From the NCBI GenBank assembly GCA_964387045.1, contig CAYLVF010000001.1:1-35762 (forward strand): 35,762 bases of DNA. The letters run 5' to 3'. Made by a program: the position numbers and the translations under genes. The DNA comes from an uncultured Melioribacter sp. (GTDB lineage Bacteria; Bacteroidota; Ignavibacteria; Ignavibacteriales; Melioribacteraceae). The notes under the pieces are model-generated. The model was not told the origin of the DNA. It ran no database searches and worked only from the letters and a program-made list of their open reading frames with translations. Shown here piece by piece: positions 1 to 11,179 of this stretch. The first letter of the stretch is position 1, and every line of letters starts with the position of its first letter.

Positions 1-2
1 AA

Positions 3-563
3 GACGGCTGGCTTTACACCGGTGATATGGGTTTCTTGGATGAAGATGGTTACTTATACGTTTTAGGAAGATTTAAAAGTTTGTTGATAGTAAGTGACGG
101 TGAAAAATATTCTCCCGAAGGAATTGAAGAAGCGCTTGTAGAGAAATCAAATTTTATTGAACAAGTAATGCTGCACAACAATCAAAATCCATACACCATT
201 GCTTTAATAGTACCGAATAAAGAAGCAATAAAAAATGAATTGAAAAAACACTCATTAACAATTCAAACCAAAGAAGGACAACTAAAAGCGATAGAAATAT
301 TTCAAAAAGATATTGACAAGTTTAAGTCCGGCGGTGAATACGAAAACGAGTTTCCCGAACGATGGCTCCCGGCAACTTTTGCTTTACTCGGCGAAGGTTT
401 CACTGAACAGAATCAATTTATGAACAGCACATTAAAAATGGTACGCGGAAAAATCACTGAGTTCTATCAAAACAGAATTGAATTTTTATATACTCCTGAA
501 GGAAAAGATGTTTATAACCATCAAAATATGAAGATAGTTGAGAGGTTTGATGGGGATGGTTAA
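3..563 (+). CDS. AMP-dependent synthetase/ligase (long-chain acyl-CoA synthetase-like), C-terminal fragment; the 5' end lies outside the window
   Basis: The frame is open from the window edge. Translation starts [25 protein letters not shown], a conserved motif of adenylate-forming enzymes. Stop TAA at 561-563. Confidence 0.8.
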   Translation, partial: DGWLYTGDMGFLDEDGYLYVLGRFKSLLIVSDGEKYSPEGIEEALVEKSNFIEQVMLHNNQNPYTIALIVPNKEAIKNELKKHSLTIQTKEGQLKAIEIFQKDIDKFKSGGEYENEFPERWLPATFALLGEGFTEQNQFMNSTLKMVRGKITEFYQNRIEFLYTPEGKDVYNHQNMKIVERFDGDG

Positions 564-574
564 TCATTTTTAGA

Positions 575-1339
575 TTAATCTTCCGCGTTTTTTTCTTCTT
601 TCTGCTCTTTAACATTCGGAGGATCCCACCCCACTATAGATCCCGATTTTATTTTTGAAAGATATGGAGAAAGTGTTGCCCCGGGGAGCGTCCGTGAATT
701 ATCTTCAATGTCTATCGGACCCATACCCGTACCGGCACCAATCATACAGTTTTTACCGATTGTAATTAATCCATATCTAAATTTTCCGGCGCCTTCGTAA
801 GCGTGAACCGTTAATCTTGTGAATGCACCGAGGACTGTATTTTCACCAACGTAAATTAATTCCGGTCTGAAGTGGTCTAGCCAAACAAGCTGCATAATTT
901 CCGCGCCCTTGCCAATGTGTGCGCCCATCCATCCATAAAATTTATTTTTAAACGGGACACCCTTCATAAAGAATGATGAGGCAACTTGAAGCTGCAATAA
1001 AAATCTTCGTCTAAAAGGAAGATTAAGTACTCGCCAGTTGATTGAGTTTTTTTCTTCCGGTGAACCTAGACCGCTGAATGTATAGTGTCTTCTAACAGGG
1101 GTCAAAAACTTTTCTAAATTTACTTTTCCATCCGGAGTTTTCGGATCGAACTCAAACACGCTTGTTCCTTTACCGCCGGATGTTTTACTAATAAAAATTT
1201 CCCGGTTCTTTTTCTTGCCGAGTTTTATTGCTCGTTCAATTATTTCGATTGTTACTGCTTTGATTGATTCTTCGGGAGTCAGTCCTCGGTATTTTTTCAT
1301 TTGTTCTCTCACTTCTTTTTGCATTAGAAAAATAATCAA
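575..1339 (-). CDS. Hexapeptide-repeat (left-handed beta-helix) acyltransferase-like protein with an uncharacterised N-terminal half
   Basis: 254-aa ORF. The C-terminal half has isoleucine-patch style repeats (IGKGAEI...VGENTVLGA...IGKNCMIGAGTGMGP). The 1339 start is TTG; an in-frame ATG at 1324 is an alternative. Confidence 0.55.
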   Translation of the reverse strand: MIIFLMQKEVREQMKKYRGLTPEESIKAVTIEIIERAIKLGKKKNREIFISKTSGGKGTSVFEFDPKTPDGKVNLEKFLTPVRRHYTFSGLGSPEEKNSINWRVLNLPFRRRFLLQLQVASSFFMKGVPFKNKFYGWMGAHIGKGAEIMQLVWLDHFRPELIYVGENTVLGAFTRLTVHAYEGAGKFRYGLITIGKNCMIGAGTGMGPIDIEDNSRTLPGATLSPYLSKIKSGSIVGWDPPNVKEQKEEKNAED

Positions 1340-1445
1340 AATCCTTTCAATTATTTAATCAAGCATTGGACCGCTTCAAAACAAACAAGATGTCCTTTTC
1401 GTCAAAAGACTGAATTTATTTTTTTATTATCCGGGGGATTTGAAA

Positions 1446-2894
1446 ATGTATTTTAGAATCATTGCCGCTTTATTTTTGCTTTCTTTTATTTTAATTACAA
1501 ATTCTTGTTATGAAAACGCCGACCATGAAGAACTTCCGCTAGATGCAGAAACCGAATCAGCATTAAATCTGGGAGATATTCGTTTTGCAATTACCAAGAT
1601 TGATTCGTTGATGAAGGTATTTCCGGAAAACAATTATCTAAAATATTTTTATGGAACCATTCTCGTTAATTACGGCAGCGCTAAAGTTTATGATATTATA
1701 GATTCGTTAAGAAATAAAGGAGACCTTGTCTATTCCGATTTATTAGAACTGCACATCGATGTGATGATTGGAGATCGCAGCACAAGAGAAAGACTAAACA
1801 AAAAATTGGAGGAGTTTCCTGATAATAATGAATTACGATTATTAGACTGGATCGTTAAATTGGATAACGGGGATTTTGAAAATACCGAAGCAACTCTGGG
1901 CGAAATCCGGAAAATAACTCCTCTTAAATATCTTCCGCTACTCGCAATTTATTATCATTCGTACGATCGAGATTATAGAACTGCTTTGAAATACTTAACA
2001 ATGCTGCGGAATGAATCGATCTATAAAATGGAAAAGGATTTCAATCGGCTTTCCTGCTTGCAAGACAGAAACATTCATTACGATATTGATTCGTCCTTTA
2101 CAGTTAAATATGAGCAGTGCGGTGCTCAGCCAGGGATGCAATTTGTTACCGAGAATGGTATCACTCTTAAAATTGGCTTCGATACAGGAACCAACGGGTA
2201 TGGTTTCACCATTCATAACAAATCTCTGGGCGACAGCTTAGAAGGAAAACAAATTTACAGCATTGAAAAAGGAATTCAATATAATTATATGAGCGCGCCT
2301 GCGGACGTAATCGGCAAACTGATCAACTTAAAAACACCTCGCGCTGAAAACTTCTTAGTTGAATATTTTGAGGGTGGTTTGACATTAGCAGATGGAGTTT
2401 TTTCTCCTTTATTATTTAATGCTGCCGTTACAATCAATTCAAAAGAAGAAGTCGTAACCCTTCACAACAGAGACTCTCTCGAGAAATATATAGCAAGTTT
2501 ATCTAAAGAGTCTTTTACAACCGTTCCATACAAAGTAAGGAAAGGTTGGATGTTCATTCCTTGTGAAGTTAACGGAAAAAAAATCGAAATGATGCTTGAA
2601 ACCGGTTCGCGTGATGTAAATTTCAATTCTCTTGCAACAAGAAGATTGGGGTTGGAGTCTTACGAAGGTTTTGTTAAATGGAAAGGGGAGGATTACCCGG
2701 TTACAAAACTTGATACGGAAATGAAAGTTGGTAACTTTTCTTACGCTGTTTCTGGCGGACACCAAACCAATTTCGTTTTAGGCAACTTAGCCTACGGATT
2801 AGGCGCCGCGGGGGACATTGGTCCTAATTTTATACAAAATTATATATTTACAATAGATCCCTTCAACCAACAAATAATTTTGGAGAAGTTATAA
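1446..2894 (+). CDS. Lipoprotein with a helical-repeat N-terminal region and two retropepsin-like (aspartyl protease) lobes
   Basis: Signal peptide ending in the lipobox-like LITNSC. FDTGTNG (DTG codons at 2181-2189) and LETGSRD (2598-2609) resemble clan AA aspartyl protease motifs. ATG at 1446 is preferred over TTG at 1440 because a GGGGA lies 7 nt upstream. Confidence 0.55.
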   Translation: MYFRIIAALFLLSFILITNSCYENADHEELPLDAETESALNLGDIRFAITKIDSLMKVFPENNYLKYFYGTILVNYGSAKVYDIIDSLRNKGDLVYSDLLELHIDVMIGDRSTRERLNKKLEEFPDNNELRLLDWIVKLDNGDFENTEATLGEIRKITPLKYLPLLAIYYHSYDRDYRTALKYLTMLRNESIYKMEKDFNRLSCLQDRNIHYDIDSSFTVKYEQCGAQPGMQFVTENGITLKIGFDTGTNGYGFTIHNKSLGDSLEGKQIYSIEKGIQYNYMSAPADVIGKLINLKTPRAENFLVEYFEGGLTLADGVFSPLLFNAAVTINSKEEVVTLHNRDSLEKYIASLSKESFTTVPYKVRKGWMFIPCEVNGKKIEMMLETGSRDVNFNSLATRRLGLESYEGFVKWKGEDYPVTKLDTEMKVGNFSYAVSGGHQTNFVLGNLAYGLGAAGDIGPNFIQNYIFTIDPFNQQIILEKL

Positions 2895-2923
2895 GTTGTT
2901 CCACCAACTTAAATTTCGGCGGC

Positions 2924-3436
2924 TTACAGATTCAGATCTATTTTTGCTGTTTCGTAGTTTTTAAAAAACAGAGGAAGAATAAGGGCAATAATAAAAAACA
3001 CTATTCCTGTTAAATAAAACAATATTCCTATTAGATTATCATGTTCTAAAAGACCTGTTCTCCCCAAAATAAAATGCCAGTCATGATAAACTTTGTTTCC
3101 CCCTAAAAGAGGAAGAGACCTTTCTTTTGCGTCTGCCACATAAACGCTTATATTCATTAAGTTTTGCCCAAGCCAAATAAGTGAAATTTGGGTTCCAAAT
3201 ATTTTTCGATGCGAAACAAAGTAATAAACAAAAAGAAGCGGAAGTATAATTTGCATTAATGTTCCGCCAAGAGTATAAATAAAGCTTCCGAACAAACTGA
3301 ATATCCCGTGTCCCCCTTCATGAATTAACAAATTGAAATGATCCAACAGAAATATAAACTCGCCCGAATTGATAGAAAGCAAGACAACGACAGGCAGCAA
3401 AATAATTGACGATATCCATGGTTTTAATTTTTGCAA
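2924..3436 (-). CDS. Small polytopic membrane protein with an HExxH motif (putative membrane zinc metallopeptidase-like)
   Basis: 170-aa ORF with several hydrophobic segments and LIHEGGHGIF (HEGGH = HExxH). TTG start lies 1 nt after the asparaginase stop, which suggests an operon or translational coupling. Confidence 0.45.
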   Translation of the reverse strand: MQKLKPWISSIILLPVVVLLSINSGEFIFLLDHFNLLIHEGGHGIFSLFGSFIYTLGGTLMQIILPLLFVYYFVSHRKIFGTQISLIWLGQNLMNISVYVADAKERSLPLLGGNKVYHDWHFILGRTGLLEHDNLIGILFYLTGIVFFIIALILPLFFKNYETAKIDLNL

Positions 3437-3437
3437 A

Positions 3438-4412
3438 TTACTCTTCTATTAATTCACGAAGTTTGTTAATATCTTTTGTCAAACCGAGACTGAGCATTAA
3501 TTTTATTCTAGCTTTTTGACCATTTAAATAATCCGTGAAAATTACACCTAACTTTTTTAACCATTTGCCGGCGCCGGGATAACTGTATATATCCAGAGTT
3601 TCTCCGGAAGGGCATCTGGAAGTAAGCACAATGGGAATTCCTTTATCGACAGCATATTTAATTCCCTCAAAAGCTGTTGGCGGAACATTGCCCACGCCCA
3701 TTGCTTCTATTACAATTCCTTCCGCTCCCGAATCTGCGGAGAACTTAAAAAATTTATTTCCCATTCCCGCATGAACTTTTATTAAATCAACGTTTGAATT
3801 TATTTTATCTGTTTCAATTGTCTCAAGTTTTCTTGGCATCCTGTTAAATATTACTCTTCCTCTATCTACAAACCCTAGTGCACCAAAATCTAGACTGTGA
3901 AATGTTTCGATATCCTCGGTATGAGTTTTTGTCACTTCACTTGCAGCATTAATTTCTCCGTTAAGACAAACGAGCACCCCCATTCCCAAACTATTTGGAG
4001 AGTTAATTATATGAACAGCGTCCAATAAATTTTTTGGTCCGTCCCAATCAGGCTCAGATGATGTTTTCATTGCACCAATCACTACTATCGGTTTATTTGT
4101 TTTGATTGTTAAGTCCAATAGATATGCCGTCTCTTCAAGAGTATCTGTACCGTGAGTAACAATAATTCCATCGATATCTTCCTGGTTTATTCTTTTCTTG
4201 ACTTCTTTGGAAAGCTCGAACATTAATTCGGGTGTCATATGGGGTCCGGGATACATTCCAAAATCATATATATAAAGGTCTGCTAAATTTTTTGATTCGG
4301 GAATCATATCAATAAGTTGATCTCCATGATAAAACGGAATCGTCCCCCCGGTTTCTTCATCAATCTTCATTGAGAACGTGCCGCCTACAAAAACGATAAG
4401 AATCTTTTTCAT
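3438..4412 (-). CDS. ansA: L-asparaginase, type I (cytoplasmic)
   Basis: N-terminal IVFVGGTFSM (catalytic Thr motif), HGTDTLEETA motif, no signal peptide, 324 aa. Confidence 0.88.
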   Translation of the reverse strand: MKKILIVFVGGTFSMKIDEETGGTIPFYHGDQLIDMIPESKNLADLYIYDFGMYPGPHMTPELMFELSKEVKKRINQEDIDGIIVTHGTDTLEETAYLLDLTIKTNKPIVVIGAMKTSSEPDWDGPKNLLDAVHIINSPNSLGMGVLVCLNGEINAASEVTKTHTEDIETFHSLDFGALGFVDRGRVIFNRMPRKLETIETDKINSNVDLIKVHAGMGNKFFKFSADSGAEGIVIEAMGVGNVPPTAFEGIKYAVDKGIPIVLTSRCPSGETLDIYSYPGAGKWLKKLGVIFTDYLNGQKARIKLMLSLGLTKDINKLRELIEE

Positions 4413-4594
4413 CTATTATAGTCCTTCCAATTTTTTCTTTTTGTTAACACAAACTTATAACAACTATAAGAATTTTCTTTATACAAAAATTTTATTTTGT
4501 TTTTTATTAACAACTTACAAAAAAGAGAAAGAATTAATTTGCGGATATGATTCCAATATCATATTATTGATTCGCTCAAGACCCCGATATGGTG

Positions 4595-4842
4595 TGTTGA
4601 TAACTTGTTGACAACTCCGTTTTGTGAAACGTTTCACGCGGAACTTTGATTTTGTTTTTTGGGCTTTTGTTGACCGTCTTCTGTTGGCAACACTTAAGGC
4701 GCTCCCCCAACGAGTTGAAAAGTAATGGTTTACGGTTTTTGTTTAATGTTAACATCTTGTTGATAAACTTACGCCGGCATAAATTAGTTAAATATTTTTT
4801 AAAATTATAAAAACCTCTTACTGTTATATTAATTGTGGATAA
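4595..4842. promoter_or_regulatory. DnaA-box cluster upstream of dnaA, including a perfect consensus box over the dnaA start codon
   Basis: TGTTGATAA at 4595-4603 and 4758-4766 (complement TTATCAACA). TGTTGACAA at 4606-4614. TGTTGACCG at 4668-4676. TGTGGATAA at 4834-4842 is the complement of the consensus TTATCCACA and overlaps the GTG start at 4835. Confidence 0.6.
4623..4638. promoter_or_regulatory. CRP/FNR-like palindromic site TGTGA-N6-TCACG; the core GTGAAACGTTTCAC is a perfect 14-bp palindrome
   Basis: The sequence tttGTGAAACGTTTCACgcg was read directly. Nine of ten half-site positions match TGTGA-N6-TCACA. Confidence 0.3.
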
Positions 4843-6265
4843 GCTAAACAACAAATCCTTTTTAAAAACTATCAATATTCATACCGATTGCACCTTCGCA
4901 TGGAAAGAGTGTTTGTCTATTATAAAAGAAAGTGTTCCGCATATAACCTACAACACATGGTTCCTTCCTATTAAACCGGTTGAATTATTCGAAAACACAC
5001 TTAAAGTACAAGTGCCCAACGGATTTTTTATAGAATGGATAGACGAACATTATAACACGCTTATCAATAAAACAATAAATGAAGTTCTTGGTGACGACGG
5101 GAAGCTAATATATACCGTATTAGATGATAAGAAAAACGATGATGAAATCAACACTATTATAAAAGACGATCAACAAAAAAAAGTTGTTCATCAAAGTGAG
5201 GCACAAACCACCATCATTTCTTCAGAGGAGCCGCACGAAACTTCTTTAAATCCACGGTATCGGTTTGAAAATTTTATTAAAGGAGAAGGGAATCAACTTG
5301 CAAGAGCTGCCGCTTATGCTGTTGGTGAAAATCCCGGAGAAACTTCTTTTAATCCTTTGTTTATATACGGCGGCGTTGGGTTAGGGAAAACTCATCTTAT
5401 TCAAGCGATCGGCAATAAAGTGTTGGAATATTACCCGAACAAAAAAGTTATTTATCTCTCCTCAGATTTGTTTACTGTTGAATTTGTTGAAGCCATTCAA
5501 TCAAATAAAGTAAATGAGTTTTCCAACAGATATAAATCTATGGATTGTTTAATAATAGATGATATTCAGTTTTTAATAGGAAAAGAAAAAACACAAGATT
5601 TATTCTTCCACATCTTTAACACTCTTCATCAATCCGGCAAACAAATTATACTTTCAAGCGATAAACCGCCAAAAGAATTAAAAGGTTTAAACGAGAGATT
5701 AACTTCAAGATTTTCTTGGGGGCTTACTACCGATATTCAACCGCCTGATTTTGAAACAAGAATAGCTATTCTAAAAAACAAGAGCAACAGTTTTGGTATT
5801 AATCTCTCTAACGAAATTTTTGAATATATTGCTCATAACATAACTTCTAACATCCGAGAATTAGAAGGATGTTTAATCAAACTTCTCGCAAATGCTTCTT
5901 TAAATGGAAAAGAAATTGATTATGAATTAACTAAACGAACCGTTAAAGAAATCTCAACCAAGAGACACGTTAATATTTCAATTGAGTATATAACTAATGT
6001 AGTCTGCGATCACTTCAAGGTAGATGAAAATAAAGTACGTGAGAAAAATCGTAAAAAAGAAGTTGTTATAGCTCGCCAAACGGCAATGTATCTTTCAAAA
6101 ATTCTTACAAAATCTTCACTCAAAACAATTGGTTTGCATTTCGGAGGAAGAGATCATTCCACCGTTATTCATGCGCACAATACTATTGAAGATATGATAA
6201 ACAAAGACCCTCGTTTGAAACAATCTATTGATGAATTAAAAAACAAAATAGAAATGAGTATTTAA
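4835..6265 (+). CDS. dnaA: Chromosomal replication initiator protein DnaA
   Basis: 476 aa. AAA+ Walker A GGVGLGKTHL. The C-terminal DNA-binding domain shows VIARQTAMYLSK...IGLHFGGRDHSTVIHA. GTG start. Confidence 0.97.
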   Translation: MDKLNNKSFLKTINIHTDCTFAWKECLSIIKESVPHITYNTWFLPIKPVELFENTLKVQVPNGFFIEWIDEHYNTLINKTINEVLGDDGKLIYTVLDDKKNDDEINTIIKDDQQKKVVHQSEAQTTIISSEEPHETSLNPRYRFENFIKGEGNQLARAAAYAVGENPGETSFNPLFIYGGVGLGKTHLIQAIGNKVLEYYPNKKVIYLSSDLFTVEFVEAIQSNKVNEFSNRYKSMDCLIIDDIQFLIGKEKTQDLFFHIFNTLHQSGKQIILSSDKPPKELKGLNERLTSRFSWGLTTDIQPPDFETRIAILKNKSNSFGINLSNEIFEYIAHNITSNIRELEGCLIKLLANASLNGKEIDYELTKRTVKEISTKRHVNISIEYITNVVCDHFKVDENKVREKNRKKEVVIARQTAMYLSKILTKSSLKTIGLHFGGRDHSTVIHAHNTIEDMINKDPRLKQSIDELKNKIEMSI

Positions 6266-6662
6266 AGATTTTTTTCTTTCGCCTAAATTTCCCTTGATAA
6301 AAATAAACTAATCGTCATGCTTGTGGTTAAAATAAATATTTACCATAAGTATTTTTGTGTTGATATCTTGTTATTAGCTTACCAACAACATGTTAATAAT
6401 CCAGAGTAATTTAACACTCGGTTGGTATCTAGTTTTTATTAAGATTCTATTAACAATTTATCGATTGATAATTCTGCTTTTTTAGAGTTATATCAGTATA
6501 AAAAGGGCTTTTCCACATATCAACATCTTTGTATTTATTATTATTATATATATCTATAAAAGACTAGTAAATATAAGGGGCGGGCAAATGTTTATAACTA
6601 TTTAATAATTGAAAAAGAGCGTCTATTTTGATATATTTCAATTTTAATTTGGAGCAAAAAAA
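6266..6662. other. Candidate oriC (dnaA-dnaN spacer) with DnaA-box-like 9-mers and an AT-rich unwinding element
   Basis: 397-bp non-coding gap. Box-like 9-mers: TGTGGTTAA 6322-6330, TGTTGATAT 6358-6366, TTACCAACA 6379-6387, TTTTCCACA 6509-6517, ATATCAACA 6517-6525. A near-pure AT run follows at about 6533-6560 (tatttattattattatatatatctataaaa). Confidence 0.6.
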
Positions 6663-7790
6663 ATGGAATTTAAGGTCAACAGTAAAGAGCTTGAAAAACT
6701 TTTAACAAAAATAATCCCTGCCGTTCCAACCCGCACTCCAATGCCGATTTTAGAGAACTTTTTATTCGAAATAAAAGACGGCAAATTAACAATTCACGCA
6801 ACCGATTTGGAGATTTCGCTTAAGTCATCTTTAAATGTAGTTGCCGAAGAAAACTTTGAAGCTGTTGTACCGGCTAGGCTCCTCTATGATGTGGTGCGAT
6901 CATTAAAAGAAACAACAATTTTATTCTCTGCAGTTGATACCGGGAAGCTGAATCTTAAAACAGAAAAAGGAAGCTATACTCTAAGCTATACAGATCCTTC
7001 GGAGTATCCTGAGATTCCTTCATTCCCAATAGAAGGTAACGAGGACGTTTCACAAATTTCTATAAACGGAAACGATCTTAAATATGCATTTGAAAAAACA
7101 GCTTTTGCAATGAGCAAAGAAGAAATGCGTCCAGCAATGATGGGTACATTATTCGATTTTGAAGAAGAAGGTTTAAGAGTTGTTGCAACAGACGGTCATA
7201 GATTGTCTAATCTTCTGCTTAAAAAAATAAGTTATGATAAAGTTGAGCAATATATAATTCCGGAAAGAGCTGTTTCTGTCTTAATGAAAATTTTTGATTC
7301 TAACGATGTAAAGATTTTTATGAGTAAGACACATATGTCGTTCAGTTTAAATGATATTGAATTAATAACTCGATTGATAGGTCAAAAATATCCTGATTAC
7401 CAGAGCGTTATACCTCTTGAAAACGAATTTGAATTAAAGGTAAAAACAAGAGAACTGCACGATGCAATTAAGAGAATGATGCTTTTTTCTACATCTAATA
7501 CAAAGAGAGTTAAGTTTTCTATTTCTAAAAACAATCTTGAAATCTCGGCAGAAGATCTAGATTTAGGCGCATCAGGAAATGAAAATATAGAATGTCAGTA
7601 TTCCGGAGAATCTATAGATATAGGTTTTAATTCGGCATACGTTAATGATCTTCTAAATCATTTAGATGATGAAGAACATATAATTTTTAACCTGCACTCA
7701 CCGACAAAAGCAGTTATTGTCGTTCCTGATAAGAAAAAAGAAGATGAAGAATTAATGATGTTATTAATGCCCGTAAGGTTAAACAACTAG
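6663..7790 (+). CDS. dnaN: DNA polymerase III beta sliding clamp
   Basis: 375 aa, positioned after dnaA, with the typical ending MLLMPVRLN. GGAG lies upstream of the ATG. Confidence 0.96.
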   Translation: MEFKVNSKELEKLLTKIIPAVPTRTPMPILENFLFEIKDGKLTIHATDLEISLKSSLNVVAEENFEAVVPARLLYDVVRSLKETTILFSAVDTGKLNLKTEKGSYTLSYTDPSEYPEIPSFPIEGNEDVSQISINGNDLKYAFEKTAFAMSKEEMRPAMMGTLFDFEEEGLRVVATDGHRLSNLLLKKISYDKVEQYIIPERAVSVLMKIFDSNDVKIFMSKTHMSFSLNDIELITRLIGQKYPDYQSVIPLENEFELKVKTRELHDAIKRMMLFSTSNTKRVKFSISKNNLEISAEDLDLGASGNENIECQYSGESIDIGFNSAYVNDLLNHLDDEEHIIFNLHSPTKAVIVVPDKKKEDEELMMLLMPVRLNN

Positions 7791-7791
7791 G

Positions 7792-8913
7792 ATGGTTTTA
7801 AAAGAACTTGAGTTAGTTAGTTTTAGACTACACAAAAACACGGTTCTTAAATTTTCTGATAAACTGAATTATATAGTTGGCGGCAACGGACAAGGAAAAA
7901 CAACTATTTTGGAAGCTATATATTATTTATGTACTACTAAAAACCTTAATCAAGCCTTAGATAAAGAAGTAGTTTCATTTAATAAAGACAATTTTGAAGT
8001 TAAGGGACTTTTCAAAGAAAAAGTTGAAAATAAAGTTCTGCTTCTCTTCTCAAAAGAAACTAACAAAAAGAATACAACTTTAAACGAAAAAAGTGTATAT
8101 AAAGCATCCGACCTCTTTGGGAAATTTCCGGTTGTGACCTTAATTCAACTTGATCATGCGATTACAATGGGAAGGCCGGCAGAAAGAAGAAAATTTGTAG
8201 ATTCGGTTATTTCTCAGTCGAGCGAAACTTATCTTAGAACACTAATCGACTATAATAAAATTTTAAAACAACGCTCCCAATTATTAACAGAAATAAGAGA
8301 AAATTATAATCATGATTTAATTATACAGCTTGATTCATGGACTGAGATGCTTGTAAATAATGGTTCTTATTTAATAAAACAAAGAATAGACTTTTGTTAT
8401 GAGTTTAAGGAATACTTAAAAAATGCATATGAAAAAATCATGGGCGATAAAGAATCCCCGGGTATAGAGTATTTGTTTTTTAATGAAAGTATAGATGTTG
8501 AGAATATTGAATCAAGATTTTTGAATTCCCTTAAAGAAGAGAGAGACAATGAAATTCGTAGAGCTGCTAATTTAATAGGACCGCATAGGGATGATTTTCT
8601 TTTTACCATTAACGGAATGGAATTAAGAAAGTACGGTTCGCAAGGACAACATAAAACATTTCAAATTGCATTACGTTTTGGAGAGTTCTTCTTTATTAAA
8701 GATAAAAAAGGAATAACCCCTATTTTTTTGATGGATGATGTTTTCGGTGAACTTGATACCTACCGTGCTCAAAAAATCAGTGAATATCTTCGCGAAATAG
8801 GACAAGCGTTTATTACAATGACGGATTTTGGAAGACTTGAAGAATTATATTCCGGCAACGGCAACTCGATTATTAAGGTTGACAACGGAAGTGCTTCATA
8901 TGAACACCTATAA
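7792..8913 (+). CDS. recF: DNA replication and repair protein RecF
   Basis: 373 aa. Walker A GGNGQGKTTILEAI and signature SQGQHKTFQIALR. Starts 1 nt after the dnaN stop. Confidence 0.95.
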   Translation: MVLKELELVSFRLHKNTVLKFSDKLNYIVGGNGQGKTTILEAIYYLCTTKNLNQALDKEVVSFNKDNFEVKGLFKEKVENKVLLLFSKETNKKNTTLNEKSVYKASDLFGKFPVVTLIQLDHAITMGRPAERRKFVDSVISQSSETYLRTLIDYNKILKQRSQLLTEIRENYNHDLIIQLDSWTEMLVNNGSYLIKQRIDFCYEFKEYLKNAYEKIMGDKESPGIEYLFFNESIDVENIESRFLNSLKEERDNEIRRAANLIGPHRDDFLFTINGMELRKYGSQGQHKTFQIALRFGEFFFIKDKKGITPIFLMDDVFGELDTYRAQKISEYLREIGQAFITMTDFGRLEELYSGNGNSIIKVDNGSASYEHL

Positions 8914-9181
8914 AAGTATATCGGAAATTTTAGATAAGGAAAAAAGTTTTGAGAAATTTAAAACAGCAATAGACGGCTATACGGTTGTTGACGAATTTCA
9001 CAAGGTTTTTCCGGAACTTAAAACCGTAGCAAAAGCAAAAAAGTTTGAAGGAAATATTCTTTTTATACACGCGGAAAACTCTGTTTGGAGAAGCGAATTA
9101 AACCTTAATAAAGATAAAATAATTTCTAAACTGAATAAGTTTGTCGGTAAAGAAATAGTAAAAAAAATAAAATTTATTTAG
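8900..9181 (+). CDS. DUF721 / DciA-like protein
   Basis: Conserved recF-gyrB position and about 93 aa. I prefer ATG 8900 (MNTYKSISEIL...), which overlaps the recF end by 14 nt. The tracked start at 8828 lies deep inside recF. Confidence 0.7.
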   Translation: MNTYKSISEILDKEKSFEKFKTAIDGYTVVDEFHKVFPELKTVAKAKKFEGNILFIHAENSVWRSELNLNKDKIISKLNKFVGKEIVKKIKFI

Positions 9182-9204
9182 CCAAAGAAGGAATAGGTGG
9201 GTAA

Positions 9205-11151
<1,947 letters not shown>

Positions 11152-11179
11152 CAACAACTGATAAAAAGAGAACTTTTAA

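Noticed and set aside
1995-2765. Short ORFs 1995-2216(-), 2011-2241(+) and 2499-2765(-)
   Set aside because: They are nested within or antisense to the 484-aa lipoprotein gene and have no motifs. Such ORFs are a typical by-product of AT-rich sequence.
4378-4875. ORFs 4378-4611(+) and 4576-4875(-) upstream of dnaA. I checked whether either could be rpmH (L34) or rnpA, which often sit next to dnaA.
   Set aside because: Neither translation resembles L34 (MKRTFQPS...RKRK...HGFR...). They are low-complexity, overlap the DnaA-box cluster, and the second runs antisense into the dnaA start.
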